Below, in pieces: positions 1 through 11,378 of a stretch of DNA of 64,000 nucleotides; positions within the stretch are counted from its first letter, which is position 1, and every line of letters starts with the position of its first letter. The stretch lies in IMG/VR virus record IMGVR_UViG_3300031576_000001, positions 124,001 through 188,000 of that record, one strand, 5' to 3'. The translations under genes and the position numbers were made by a program. The notes below the pieces were generated by a model. The model was given only the letters and a program-made list of their open reading frames with translations, was not told the origin of the DNA and made no database searches.

Positions 1-1
1 A

Positions 2-772
2 GAGCTTGGTCCTGATGGTACACCCGTACAGAAAGCACAGGCGGCGGCTGGGTTGGGCTCCGTGGCATTCTTGTTTGAGCTTGCGACACCCAACGCCAAC
101 GACACCAATGAGGGGCTCAACCCCACCAAGGCCAAGGACTTCTTGACCAAGGTGGATCGTTTTGCGCAGAAGGCTGAAAAGCTCTACATCAACCTGGAGA
201 AATGGGAGACCGAGCAAAAGCAACTGCCCCCTGACCAGCGTGAAAAGAAGCCAAATTGTGTCACGCTTTCAACTTGTCACTCGGTTAAAGGTCTCGAATG
301 GAAAAACGTCACGGTGTCCATGCCTACTGGCAAGTTTCCGCTCCCTCTTCGCGTGGACCCGGATGACCCCCCTCCGACCCCTGAGCAAGTGGCAGAGCAC
401 AACACCGCCGAGCTAAACCTCGCCTACGTAGCCATGACCCGCGCCGCAGAAACCCTGAAGATTGTGTGCCCCATGCACGTTGACGGTAAACCCGCAGGCC
501 CCTCTGAGTTTGTGTTTCAAGCCGGTCTAGAGAGGGGCGAGAACGTAGCCAAGGTTAGCCAGGGCAGCGCCGAGGACAAGCTGCCCCCGGGCTACTTTGA
601 AGATACGGAATGGTCTGACACCGACTTTTCCGATACCACCCTCACGGCAAGCGAGGCTGACTACTACGCCCGTATGGAAAGGGAGCACCCTTCTCAGCTA
701 GCCTGGGATGCCACGCCTGGCGAGCTTGGCGTAGTGGAGCCCACCGTAACCGCTACCAAGTGGGACGCCTGA
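2..772 (+). CDS. UvrD/Rep-family (SF1) helicase, C-terminal part (5'-truncated by window)
   Basis: Frame open from base 2; SF1 motif V STCHSVKGLEW and motif VI ELNLAYVAMTRA; acidic tail; ends TGA. Confidence 0.85.
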   Translation, partial: ELGPDGTPVQKAQAAAGLGSVAFLFELATPNANDTNEGLNPTKAKDFLTKVDRFAQKAEKLYINLEKWETEQKQLPPDQREKKPNCVTLSTCHSVKGLEWKNVTVSMPTGKFPLPLRVDPDDPPPTPEQVAEHNTAELNLAYVAMTRAAETLKIVCPMHVDGKPAGPSEFVFQAGLERGENVAKVSQGSAEDKLPPGYFEDTEWSDTDFSDTTLTASEADYYARMEREHPSQLAWDATPGELGVVEPTVTATKWDA

Positions 773-786
773 GAGGAACAGAACCG

Positions 787-1188
787 ATGACCACTACAAC
801 ACCCAAGAAAGCCGCTGCTACATTCGTAGGCTTCACCCTTGAAGAGTTTGACAAGTACATCAAACGCGCCTTCCGGGCCTTCAAGCCTACCCAGGTGAGA
901 CTAGGCAACGAGTTTGCCTACGTCCTTCACCTCTCAGAGCGGATCAAGATCCTCATCCAGTCGAGTATACACTCCTCGGGGTACGCCGCCGGCTCTGGTA
1001 CGGACCCGATCCGTGTGGGTTTTATGTACGCTGAGTCCAAAGGTGGCTCGCTCAGACCCCTCAAAGGCAAGAGCTTTCCCATTGTCAAGCGCACCGAAAA
1101 CTGGCGCGACAACCTGGAAGACCGCGTGAATGACTACCTAGAGGAGTACGAGTCCAACCGGGGCAACTACAAGGACACGTTTGACTGA
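787..1188 (+). CDS. hypothetical protein
   Basis: ATG at 787 after GAGGAA; typical codon usage; ends TGA. Confidence 0.75.
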   Translation: MTTTTPKKAAATFVGFTLEEFDKYIKRAFRAFKPTQVRLGNEFAYVLHLSERIKILIQSSIHSSGYAAGSGTDPIRVGFMYAESKGGSLRPLKGKSFPIVKRTENWRDNLEDRVNDYLEEYESNRGNYKDTFD

Positions 1189-1269
1189 GAGGGTGTCCTA
1201 CTGGGGTGGTTCCGTCTACGCTCCCCCTGAGCGTGCTGAGCTAGCTGCCCCTGTGCTACCCTCCCCAGG

Positions 1270-1989
1270 GTGACACCCTCCTACGCACCCCTCCCCTTGC
1301 ATTTGCGATACGACCCCATTACTCGCCCCTCACCCCAAGAGGCGGACACCGGGGTCGTGGTCTTTTCAACGCTGCCCGCGTTGTACGAGAGCCTCATCCT
1401 CGGTGCGCCCCTACCAAGCACCCTGGTCATCCGGCACTTGACCACGCCCACCCTCTTGGCAGGTACCCTCTTCCTTCACCGGGAAACGCTACTCTCACCC
1501 CTCACGCTGCCCCTGGTTTACGGTCTCGACCTCGCTGAGCGTGAGGGCTTCCCAGCGACGGCTCACCTACCGTCCCTCCCCGAGCTAAGGCTACCCTATG
1601 CCTCTCAGCCCAAGCCAGAAATCACTGCCCGCATAGGGGCTACCGTCGCCACGCTAAGAGACTACCTCGCCTGTCCACCCCCAGAACTACCCAAGGGCGC
1701 CTCTGTGCTTGACGTAGGCTCCAACGGGTTCGTTGTGGCTGAGGGTCTACGCACGCCCCTCCCCCTCTACCAGCAAGGCTACCTGCGGGGTGTCATCTTC
1801 CCCGTAGCCCCCTTCACTACAGTCACCATCTTCAAGAAAAGCCGCCTCGTCCCCATGGACCTTGGCTGCGCGCAACGCTACCTCAAAGCCCTCGACTCTA
1901 GCCTTGGTGTCGCCTTTGACCCCCTCTCCCTCTTGGTGCAAACCCGGCTCACCCGCGAAGAGGTAGTCAAGGTGCTCACCTACTGCTGA
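1270..1989 (+). CDS. hypothetical protein
   Basis: 239-aa ORF preceded by TGTGCTACC extended -10-like motif at 1252. Confidence 0.65.
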   Translation: MTPSYAPLPLHLRYDPITRPSPQEADTGVVVFSTLPALYESLILGAPLPSTLVIRHLTTPTLLAGTLFLHRETLLSPLTLPLVYGLDLAEREGFPATAHLPSLPELRLPYASQPKPEITARIGATVATLRDYLACPPPELPKGASVLDVGSNGFVVAEGLRTPLPLYQQGYLRGVIFPVAPFTTVTIFKKSRLVPMDLGCAQRYLKALDSSLGVAFDPLSLLVQTRLTREEVVKVLTYC

Positions 1990-2038
1990 CCCCCCCCCTG
2001 TGCTAACGCCCACACACCCTCTTGGTAGCGTTACATAA

Positions 2039-2170
2039 CCTATACAGGGTTTCCATACGGGTCAAAGATGACCTTGCCACTATTTACGATGTTTTTATCA
2101 CTGTGCCCCTGGGCGGGGACTCCAGTGACGATCAAGCGGAAACTGTCAAAGTGTATGGAAGCTCAGGGGT
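2039..2170 (+). repeat. dispersed ~130-bp intergenic element, copy 1
   Basis: Near-identical to 21867-21998; invariant core TTTACGATGTTTTTATCA; TTCCATAC (2051) and GTATGGAA (2153) inverted boxes; GGTCA-AAGA-TGACC and CACTG...CAGTG palindromes. Confidence 0.9.
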
Positions 2171-2221
2171 CTCACCTTACCCCTCATGCAGGTGCAACCC
2201 TTTGCTACCTGGCGCTAAGGG

Positions 2222-2992
2222 GTGCGGCGCAAGATCGTAACCATTGGTACGGACGGCTTCTGTGACTACCTGCGGGTAGACGAGGCCAAGTACAACCTGG
2301 GGGCGGTCTCTGTGTTGAAGCTGGTCACGGAGACGAGCGCTGACATTTGGGAAGCCAAGGACACGGTAGAGGCGTTCTTGCGTGACGGTGAGGCTACTTT
2401 TGCTGCTGACCTGGACAGGGTAGACGAGCTTTGCGCGCCAGCGCGCCCACGGTTTGCGTTTCAGTGGGACTGGTCAGCTCCCCCGCGCCCTGAGAGCAAA
2501 CACCTTTCCCCGGAGACAGTTTACATGGCACACGACCCTCTAAGCGACGCTACAAAGCAAGGCATTGCGAACATTGAGCGTGAGATTGGGCTCCTTGAGC
2601 AGTCCGCGCGTGACAACAAGGGCATCACGGCGGACCAAGCCAAGAGCACCGTCGCCGTACTCAAGAAGATCATCGGGGAAATGCGGTCCCCCGGGGGGTC
2701 TATCGCTGGCAAGGACCAGAGCGATAACAGCACGTACTACAAGCTAGGCGCAGAGGGTGAGCAGATCGAGGGTGTCTTTACCAAGATGCACAAGACGGCT
2801 GACAAGATTCGCGCCCTGTCTGCCGCTGGCAAGAACTTCAACGCCAAGAGGGCTCTTGACGACGTGTACGAGGTGACCACGGGGGTCACGGCGCTCCTAG
2901 ACACGCCCGACCTGGCTACGGTAACGCCCGAGATTCAGAAGCTAGCGAGCAGGGCGGACCACCTACACGGGCTGTTCTTCCCCAAGGGTTGA
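2222..2992 (+). CDS. hypothetical protein
   Basis: 256-aa ORF, GTG start after TGCTACCT motif at 2203, ends TGA. Confidence 0.7.
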   Translation: MRRKIVTIGTDGFCDYLRVDEAKYNLGAVSVLKLVTETSADIWEAKDTVEAFLRDGEATFAADLDRVDELCAPARPRFAFQWDWSAPPRPESKHLSPETVYMAHDPLSDATKQGIANIEREIGLLEQSARDNKGITADQAKSTVAVLKKIIGEMRSPGGSIAGKDQSDNSTYYKLGAEGEQIEGVFTKMHKTADKIRALSAAGKNFNAKRALDDVYEVTTGVTALLDTPDLATVTPEIQKLASRADHLHGLFFPKG

Positions 2993-3014
2993 GGCTGTGC
3001 TACTTGCGTGGGCG

Positions 3015-4103
3015 ATGACCCAAACCAAGCTGTGCCAAAGGTGCATAAAAGACCTCCCTCTAGAGTCTTTTTACACCCACAACGGCAAGTCGTCCTCCGC
3101 AGTCTGCAAGCCGTGCAAGCTCGAAGAGAGCAAGCTCAAGTACCACGACCCAGAGGAGCACAAGCGCCAGCTTGAAGTGCGCCTTGCTGCCCAAGCTCAG
3201 CGCAAGCTCGACGAGAAGCAAGTTCGCACCCACAAGACCTGTACCCTCTGCCACCAAGAGAAGCCCCTGGGTCAGTTCTACAAGGCGTTGGGCGCACCGC
3301 GACCTAGCTGCAAGGTGTGCGACGACTCCCGACGTAAACCTACACCCAAAGTGATAGCCCGCAAAGAGGCATGGGCCGCGAAGGTTGCGGAGCGCGAAGC
3401 TCAGGAAGCTCTGGCTTTGCAAGCCGTGGGCGAAACCAAGTTCTGCGAGGAGTGTCGTGTAGACCGCCCTGTGGCGTGCTTCTACGTACCCAAGAAAGGC
3501 AAGCCTTGTAGCCCCCTCTGTAAGTCCTGCCTACGCGAGGACTTGAAGCTCAGCCGGTCTGACCCAGAGCAACACCGGCAGAAGGTAGCTCTACGCCTTG
3601 AGGAGCGTCTAGCGCGCGACGTGCTGGCGCAAGAAGCTGAGAAGCTGATTGCCGCGAAGGTGTGTACCTGTTGCAAGGTCGAGAAAACTCTTGGTGCGTT
3701 TAGGGCGCACCGTGGCCTTTATGGTCGAAGTTCATACTGCCGAAGGTGTGAACAAAAAGCCGCCCGAGAGTATTGCAAGCAAAACGGAGAGGCTTTGCGC
3801 GCACGGGCTAAGGTCTGGCGTGATGCCAACCCTGAGAAGATCAAGGCTATCATCCACCGTCGTCGAGCACGGCAAGCCGCGCTCCCTGACACGCTGACGG
3901 AAAATCAGTGGAAAGACATTCTGGTGTACTTTGACTACCGCTGTGCATACTGCCTCAAGAAGCTAAACTCCCCCACACTCGACCATGTTATTGCAATGGC
4001 TCGCGGCGGTGGGACTACAGAGGAAAACTCCGTACCGGCCTGTGGTTCTTGCAATAGCAGTAAACATGATCGTCTTATCTTTAGCATGTTGGAAAGGGCT
4101 TAA
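3015..4103 (+). CDS. HNH endonuclease with four N-terminal CxxC...F...CxxC zinc-finger repeats
   Basis: C-terminal CAYC...TLDHVIAMARGG...NSVPACGSCNSSK HNH motif; repeated CxxC units; preceded by TGTGCTACTT at 2996. Confidence 0.9.
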   Translation: MTQTKLCQRCIKDLPLESFYTHNGKSSSAVCKPCKLEESKLKYHDPEEHKRQLEVRLAAQAQRKLDEKQVRTHKTCTLCHQEKPLGQFYKALGAPRPSCKVCDDSRRKPTPKVIARKEAWAAKVAEREAQEALALQAVGETKFCEECRVDRPVACFYVPKKGKPCSPLCKSCLREDLKLSRSDPEQHRQKVALRLEERLARDVLAQEAEKLIAAKVCTCCKVEKTLGAFRAHRGLYGRSSYCRRCEQKAAREYCKQNGEALRARAKVWRDANPEKIKAIIHRRRARQAALPDTLTENQWKDILVYFDYRCAYCLKKLNSPTLDHVIAMARGGGTTEENSVPACGSCNSSKHDRLIFSMLERA

Positions 4104-4106
4104 CTC

Positions 4107-4790
4107 ATGGCAGGCATTGAAACTCGTTACCCGTACAAGGTCGGAACGTCGAGCCAGACCCACTCGGTGGTGTCGCAGAAGAACAAAGTCTACTCGTACC
4201 AAGTCGGGAAGAATCAATACCAGCAAATCGGGGTAATGACCACGTTTGGACTCGACGAGTCTCGCACGGTGGACGTTGTTCGGGGTGTGGGTTTTGGTGA
4301 CCAGATTGCCGAGCTAGTCCCCGGTAACACGGAACCTGTGAGCATTTCCGTAGAGAAGACCTTGCTGTACCTTCTGAACCTATTTCAGGCCATGGGGTAC
4401 AAGGGTGGTGTTGACGGTCTAGCGCGTTCACTCAAACACCACCGCTGGCCGTTTGACATCAAGCAAGAAATGGTGTTCTCGGAGCTAGCTAGTATTGATG
4501 CCCAAGCCTACCCAGGTGCAAAAGCCGCTTCTATTGGTTTCCTCCAACCCGGTATGACTCTCGTACCACAAGAGGTGAAGGCGCTCTTTACCATCTTTGA
4601 GGCGTGCTGGTTTGAGCAGTACGGAACCAGCTATGGCGCGGATCAAGGCATGGTAGCAGAGTCCTCTTCGATTAAAGCCTCAGATGTAGTAGACGGAACA
4701 TCGCAGTACGGTGAGTATATTGACACAGGACTTGCACCAAACATCCAAGGTGCCGGTGCTGGAAAAGGATTCTCCATACGCTTCGGTTTA
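4107..4790 (+). CDS. putative tail tube protein
   Basis: Size, beta-rich character, 'GDQIAELVPG', 'PFDI' and 'EACWF' resemble gp19-like tubes; precedes chaperones and tape measure. First in-frame TTA 4788-4790 (standard code ends 4805). Confidence 0.7.
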
Positions 4791-4834
4791 CCCCTCTTAG
4801 TGTAACCCCATTTTCGTGGGAGTCCCAAATACAG

Positions 4835-5728
4835 ATGAAAACACTAAATAGCTCGATTCTTGACTCCATTCTCGCCCAAGGTGCGAACCTCGGTATCGTA
4901 GAGGAGACCTTGGTTATCCAGGGTCTTACGCTGGTTCTGCGTAGCCTACGCCCCTCGGAGCACCAAGCAGCGGCACTGGCTCTCAAAGAGGTAGACGAGA
5001 ACGACTACCTCTACGAGCACATGCTGGAATACGTCTCCCGGTCCATCGTCGCCGTCAACGGTACGGACCTTCGCGGCGTGGTCACCATCGCTACCGAAGA
5101 GGAGGACGACAAGGGCAACCTACGCAAGGTCAAGCGTGAGCTACATGCCTACCTCAGAACCCACCTTGTCAGCACTTGGGGCAGAGAGGCGCTGACTACG
5201 TGCTACAGGAAGCTCCTAGAGGTCTTTGACCACGCTGAGGAAGAGTCCAAGAAGGGCGTGGTCTTCCACATACCGGACGAGTCTGGCGACGAGAAGATCC
5301 GCAGGCTTCTCACGGAGCTACGTGAGGCTACCCAGGAGGTGCCCCACGACCTAGCCAGGCGGCTCCTAGAGGAGCACGGGTTCTACCTGGGCGCTGACAA
5401 GGAAGAGGTTGAGAATGTCGAGGCTAAGCTAGCCTCCCTGTCACCCACAGAGGAAGCCCCTGCGCCGGTAGCTGAGCCTGTAGCCCGTGTCCCTGTGTAC
5501 GCTGCTACGCCCGCGGTCAGCCCTGGTCCTCCTACGGACGACGAGAAGGTGACTTCAACCAGGGCACAAGAGGCGGCTGACCTGGAGTCTCTTCCCGGTG
5601 ACCTACCCTCTCCCGGCAAGTCGGGCACCCCTGTGGTGGCACGTCAGGCGCCCCGTAGCATCGTCGGGCTAGACGCCCCTCCAAAGGGGGGGATCAACCC
5701 CAGGTTCGCTAGTCCGAGGCGTGCGTGA
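4835..5728 (+). CDS. putative tail assembly chaperone
   Basis: Between tube and tape measure; 'LRSLRPSE' motif; Pro/Ala-rich disordered tail. Confidence 0.55.
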   Translation: MKTLNSSILDSILAQGANLGIVEETLVIQGLTLVLRSLRPSEHQAAALALKEVDENDYLYEHMLEYVSRSIVAVNGTDLRGVVTIATEEEDDKGNLRKVKRELHAYLRTHLVSTWGREALTTCYRKLLEVFDHAEEESKKGVVFHIPDESGDEKIRRLLTELREATQEVPHDLARRLLEEHGFYLGADKEEVENVEAKLASLSPTEEAPAPVAEPVARVPVYAATPAVSPGPPTDDEKVTSTRAQEAADLESLPGDLPSPGKSGTPVVARQAPRSIVGLDAPPKGGINPRFASPRRA

Positions 5729-6987
5729 CAAGTGCTGCCTCTGTCAAAGAGGCATATGAGCGTGAACAAGAAAAGCTACGACACGAAGGCAACCTAGAGG
5801 ATGACGACAGTTCGTTTCCTCTCCCCCAGGAGCCCGAGGTGGACCCCCGGGTCTACAAAAGTGTTGAGCCGCTCTTGTTCCGTGGCTTTCTTGCGTTGCC
5901 TGCCACGCTGGGCGATAACCTACGGGTCGTCTACAAGAGCCTCAACCACCATGAGTATGAGCGCCTACAGCTAACCCATGGGTCAAGGGACACTGACTTT
6001 TACGTAGACTTCCTGGCGCAGTCCACGTACCTCTTGGGGGGTCAGAACGTACTCTCTTGGGAGCACCGTGAGAAGGTCAAGCGGTTTTATGGGGAGGTGC
6101 CCCCTCCATTGCGTAACCGGATCTTGACCACGCTCTCTGAGTTGAACCGGCAGGCCAGTGACGGGGTGCGGCTCGTCGAGGCGTACGCCATGGAGACCCT
6201 CTCTCGGCTACGGTGGGTTCAATTGTACGGTCTGGACCTCACGTCAACGGCGGTAACGGGGGTAGAGGGCTCTTCCTTGCTGGGGTACAACTGGGGTCAG
6301 CTTCTCTGGCGGGCATTGAACCGGTACCAGGACACCCGAGAGGACATGGACAGGCATTGGGAGAACGCCAAATTCATCGGGGGGTGCTTTGCAGGCAAGG
6401 GTATCAACAAGGTCCATAACCAGGACCGGCGCCGCAAGCGCGAAGAGATTGAGAACCGTATCGCGCGGAAGGACCAAATCTTGCGTGAGGTTGTGCTACT
6501 TGAGAAGAGCCCTGAGAGGCGTGTCATGCGGGACGGGCACGTAGTCAAGTCAGCTCAAACGACCGAGGAGCTAGCCACCCAGCTTGAGCAGTCACTAAAG
6601 GGTGAGGAGGACTTTCACGACCGGGTTGTACGGGCTGTCGAAGAGTACCACGCCAAGGTCAGGGTTGACCGTGAGGCTGAGCTACAGCGGCTCTATGACG
6701 AGGCTGCCAGCAAGGCACAGGGTCAAGGGCTCACGGGCATTGTGGACCGTAAGGGTCTCTCCCGCGAAGAGGTTGAGCAGCGTATCGCCCGGACGAGGGC
6801 GATCATGGCTCAAGGAACGGCACAGAGAATGGTACGCCCCCCGCCGCCTAGTGAGAACCCCTACGAGCGTTTCCGTCAAGCGCCCGAGCAAAGCGAGCAA
6901 AGCGAGCAAAGCGAGCAAAGCGAGCAAAGCGAGCCTGGTAGCCCCAAGGGTGAGGTTCGTCCTTTGCCCCCTCTTAGGTCAAGATTA
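5725..6987 (+). CDS. putative second tail assembly chaperone
   Basis: GTGA-coupled to upstream gene; 'YKSLNHHE' resembles the motif in 4835; first in-frame TTA 6985-6987 overlaps the tape-measure ATG as TT-ATG (standard end 7011). Confidence 0.55.
6886..6934 (+). repeat. 9-bp tandem repeat GAGCAAAGC x5 (EQS repeats)
   Basis: Five perfect copies plus GAGC, directly visible. Confidence 0.95.
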
Positions 6988-9900
6988 TGGCAAAGGACAC
7001 TGAGGTTCTGAAGTTTGCGGTCGAGCTAGACCCCAAGAAGGCTATCAAGGCTGCCAAACAGCTACAGACCTCTTGGCAAGAGCTTCAGAAGATACCCAAG
7101 GACTACGCCAAGGACAGCAAGAAGTCCCTTGAGGGTGTGCTCACCAACTTCAATAAGCTCACTCGCGGGATGGAGGACTTCAACAAGGCGGCACTCCAAG
7201 CCAAGAAGAACCCCTTCTTGGATTCCAGCCAAAAAGGCGCCATTCAGAAGACCAAAAACCTGAGCCTGATGTTCGCCAGGCTTAACCACCAAACCAAGGC
7301 GCTAGCCAAGGCAAGGGAGAAGGTACAAGCTAAGTGGGACGACGCTAAGGCAAGCGGGGACACGGCTGAGCTAACTAAACAAGCCAGAATCCTGGGGGAC
7401 ATGGAAGCCAAGGAGCAGAAACTCCTGGCGGCTTTTCAGAAGGAAGCTAAGGCTGCTTCTTCGATTGCAGCGGCGTCCAAGGTGGCGGTAGCCGCTTCAG
7501 CGCAAATACTCAAAGAGGCTAGCGAGAATCTAGAGGAGTATGAGGAGCGCTCGGTCAAGCGTGCCAGTGAGCTACGCAAGGAGCTGATGGGTTACGGGGG
7601 TGAGGAGTTTGGTAAGGACTTCACAGAGAACCTGGAGGGGGGTATGTCTGCCCTAGCCTCTAAGTCAGGGGGTGATTTTGCTAAGTCTGTCATGGGACTC
7701 CTCAAGTCCGGGGGGAAGGGACTAGCTGGCATTAGTACAAGAATGCAAGCTAAAGCTGCTATAACCGGCAAGGAGCCCGGCATGATGGGCAAAGCTGCTG
7801 GGGCGGCTGGCGCGGGTATCGGTAAGATTATGGGGGTATTCTCCAAGCTCGGTCCAGTTATAGGGCTGGTCTCTTCTGCTGTGGTGGGTCTGGTCAAGCT
7901 ATTTATAGATGCGCAAGCCGCTGCCAAGGAGTTCAACAAGGAAATACTCACGGGTGCCTCTACGGCTGAGTTTCTGGCCGCGTCCGGGGGTAAGAGCGCC
8001 ATAGCGTTTGCCAACTTGGAGGACACCATGAAGCAGCTACGGGACGCCGCGTTTGACTACACAACCAATACAGACCTTGGAATATCAAGCAAGGAGCACG
8101 CAGCATTCACCAACACACTGGCCAAAGAGGGTGTATCCCTCAAGCAAATCACAGACGAGGCTGCGCGCTCCAATAAAAGCGTGGGTGACTTTGAGAAGAC
8201 CTTGATTACCTCTGGTGTTGTGTACTCCCGTGTTTTCGGGGTGTCTCTGGACGAGATTGCCTCACTTCAGGCTACTATGCAGGCGGACCTGGGTGTTTCA
8301 TTGAAGACCGCAACCGACCAGTTTGCTGAGATCAATATCGCGATGAAGGACTCGGGTATTGCCGCAAACAAGTTCTTTGGTATCGTGCGTAACCTCTCAT
8401 CCGACATGGGTTTTTTCAATCTTCGTATGGCTGAGGCTGGTAAGCTCTTGAAACTTGTGAGCAAGAGCATGAACGCCAAGCAAGCGGAGAAGTTCATTCA
8501 GAACCTCTCCGGGCACTTCAAGGGCCAGAGCTACGCTGACCGTATCCGTGCAACGCTGGTAGCTGGCAAGGGTCAAAAGGGTGGCGCCATTGCTACAGCC
8601 AAGAACCTGGAGGGTGAGCTACAGGGCAAGATCAAGACCCTTGCCACAGAGGCTCAAGGTAAAGGGGTGAACCCAGAGGGTCTACGTAAAGCTATTGCCG
8701 CTGGGGGTAAAGACCTCACCGACTTTATGGCAGCTAATGCAGAAAAGATGACGGGTGCCATGCGTAGTGAGGTTATAGATGCCTCCAAGCAGTCCCAGCT
8801 TGTCCAGGGTGGCAAGAAAGGCGACCTCTTCAGCTCTGCGCGTGGTTTGAAGAACGCGGGTCCAATAGCCGCCCTCAAGCAATTGGACTCCATTGCTGGC
8901 AATATGTTCGAGGGTAAGAAGTTCAACGAACTTTCAGGGAAAGAGCACTTTGCAATGACTAACCTCCCTGGAGGCGGGACGGAAGAATTGATGGACGAGG
9001 TTGACAAATTCCGCAAGGGTGTTGCGGTGTCAAAAGCGGAGATGCTAAACAAAATCAAAAACGACAAGGCCCTTAGTGAGGATGAGGGGCGTTTGCTCGC
9101 ACAGCTAGGGCTCACGGGTAAGAGCAAAGAGGAAATCTCTAAGGGCGTGGCTGGTGCAGACGAGGAGGACTTTTTCAACTCCATGTCAGCAGATCAAAAG
9201 CGTATTGCACTAGAGGGTGAAAACGCTACGGACTTCGCTAAGAAGCAAACGGGTCTAACGGACACATTGATTTCTAAGCTAGAGCGCCTCAGTGAGTTCT
9301 TGATGAATAAGTATTACAATATAATCGTAGACGTGTATGATGCACTTACTGACATGCCTGGTATGGGGGGCTCCTCTAGGAAAGAGCAAATACGTCAAGA
9401 GACTCTTTCTATGGGCGGTGGGAAACAAATGCTAGACATGCTCACAGGGGGTAGAGGCACTCTGCAAGGCTTGCAAGCTAGCTACTCTAAGGAAACGGAC
9501 CCTCAGAAGCAAGCACAACTGGCTATAGACGTGAACAAGCAACAGATGGCAGTAAACGAAGCCTCTGGAAAAGTGTTGAAAGCTATTACAGGTAAGGGGG
9601 GCACTTTCGGCATTGGGACAAGCGATGCTGAAATGGCTCAGAAGGCGGGTGTGAAAGCTGGGCTATCTGAGGACATGAATCGTAACTTTTCGACGTGGAT
9701 CAAAAAAGGGAAAACAGGAGAAGAAGCTGCAAAGCTCGCTGGTCTCTCTGATGATCAGATGGCAAGAGTTGCTGCGGAGGCTATGAAGACAATGGATGTT
9801 CAAGCTCTTCGGACAGTAACAAGTTGGGGTGTAACAAACACGGGTGTTGGTGCCACCCCTACTGCTAGCACCCCAGGCACTACCCAGGAGCTACCACCGC

Positions 9901-10445
9901 CAGCGCCCGAGGCACAGAAAACTGCCGAAGAGACCGCCAAAGCCGCACAAGCCCAGGTCGCAGCTACCGAGGAGCAAACCAAGGTTCTTGACACCAAGGG
10001 CATCAAGCTCGACAAACCCTTCCTCAAGACCAAGATTGGTCCTCAAGTAGAGGAAAGTACCCTCTCGGCGCTACGTACCGCCCTCTTTGAGTTCTACGTT
10101 CTACAACATACACCGCTGGCAGACGTGGCTGAGGCGATCAAGGGGGGTCTGGACCCCAAGAGCGCAGGCGAGAAGCTAGTCGCCGGCATGAAAGAGCAAG
10201 GCAGTGCATTCAATGCTGGCGAGACCGTCAAGGCTAACGCAGCCGGAGGCACCGTCATGCGTCCCGCCCCAGGTGAAGCGTTTGCCTCCGTAGCCCCAGG
10301 GGAGACAATCGTACCCAAAGGTGGCGGCGCGGGGGGCATCACGATCAACGTCAACGTAGGGGGCGCACCGCTCGCTACGATCATCGAGGGTAAGGTCAAA
10401 GAGGGTATCGAGATTTGGCAACGCCGTGAGGCGATGAGAGCCTTA
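6987..10445 (+). CDS. tape measure protein
   Basis: ~1150 aa, Ala/Lys/Gly-rich and helical, with central hydrophobic segment; first in-frame TTA 10443-10445 followed by CCCC-GTG of next gene (standard code runs to 10733, a 284-nt overlap). Confidence 0.85.
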
Positions 10446-10449
10446 CCCC

Positions 10450-11349
10450 GTGGGAAACTTCACCCTACGCAACCCAGAGAACCTACCCAGGCTAGACGCC
10501 CCCGGGGTAGACGCGAAGTACCGTCACGGAGCCGAAGGGCTCCGAGGGGGGGTGCCCATGGTCTTTCAAGTGACCTCTCCGCTGGACGAGCGCACCCTTC
10601 TCTTGCCTCACGCCCTGGTCTTGCATATCAACCCCAAGAGCCTGGACGAGTCGTTCACCAAGAAGGTCGAGCGTATTCAGACCCGGGGCGGTTTCGTCGA
10701 GCAACACTGGTGGGAAGACCTCACCAGCATTAGCGCCTCAGCTACAACGGGTGCCTTCGTCAACATAAGGACCGGGCTAGCCTCCGTCCTACGTAGAGAG
10801 ACCATCGCCTATGACCGGTTTCAAGACCTGAGAGACCTGTACCGTAACAATGGCTCCCTCTACGCACCCAACGGGCAAATCGTGCTTCAGGGCTACATCA
10901 TGCTCCTTTACGACCGGGGCACCTACCTCGGTACGTTCAGGTCGTTTAACTTCGAGGAAACCGATGACAGCCCCTTTGCGTTCTCCCTCAATTGGGAGTT
11001 CAAGGTCGAAAAGACCATCCTCAAGGTGCCCACGGCTCTCGTAGGTCGTAACCTACCCACGCCAGCTTTGCTACAGACGAACCCTCTTGGCAAGACAGAG
11101 CCTACCCCTGACGCCATTGCTGCCAAGCTAAGAGAGTCCGCTGAGAAGGCAGCGCGCGAGACGGCAAACGAGAAGGAGCACCAACGGGAAGTGTCGGGCT
11201 ACATTGCAGAGGGCCCAGCTTTGAAAAGGGCACTTGAAACGGACGTTATCTTTGGCAGCACCACCCCGGACAGCTTTGAGGCTCGCCAGCAAGCAAGGAA
11301 CCTAGCCAAGGGTCTACCTATCACGGGGGGGTTGCGTCCCCCACGTTGA
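10450..11349 (+). CDS. putative tail tube initiator / baseplate hub-associated protein
   Basis: 'LHINPKSL...IQTRGGFVEQHW...YLGTFRSFNFEE..DSPF..S.NWEFKV' tube-like pattern; directly after tape measure. Confidence 0.6.
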   Translation: MGNFTLRNPENLPRLDAPGVDAKYRHGAEGLRGGVPMVFQVTSPLDERTLLLPHALVLHINPKSLDESFTKKVERIQTRGGFVEQHWWEDLTSISASATTGAFVNIRTGLASVLRRETIAYDRFQDLRDLYRNNGSLYAPNGQIVLQGYIMLLYDRGTYLGTFRSFNFEETDDSPFAFSLNWEFKVEKTILKVPTALVGRNLPTPALLQTNPLGKTEPTPDAIAAKLRESAEKAARETANEKEHQREVSGYIAEGPALKRALETDVIFGSTTPDSFEARQQARNLAKGLPITGGLRPPR

Positions 11350-11378
11350 TCCGTGAGGCTGCGCCCTAGACAAGAACC

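Noticed and set aside
2022-2240. Dispersed element read as a repeated peptide (YDVFIT.P.G.DSS...ETVKVYG) in ORFs 2022, 21825 and 58771
   Set aside because: No shared start or stop, third positions in the core are invariant while non-synonymous changes are common, and boxes invert between copies. DNA/RNA-level constraint fits better, though a few synonymous changes mean coding is not fully excluded.
5700-5730. Programmed frameshift between tail chaperone genes (lambda G/GT type)
   Set aside because: Junction is a simple GTGA overlap; no convincing XXXYYYZ slippery site that would link the two frames.
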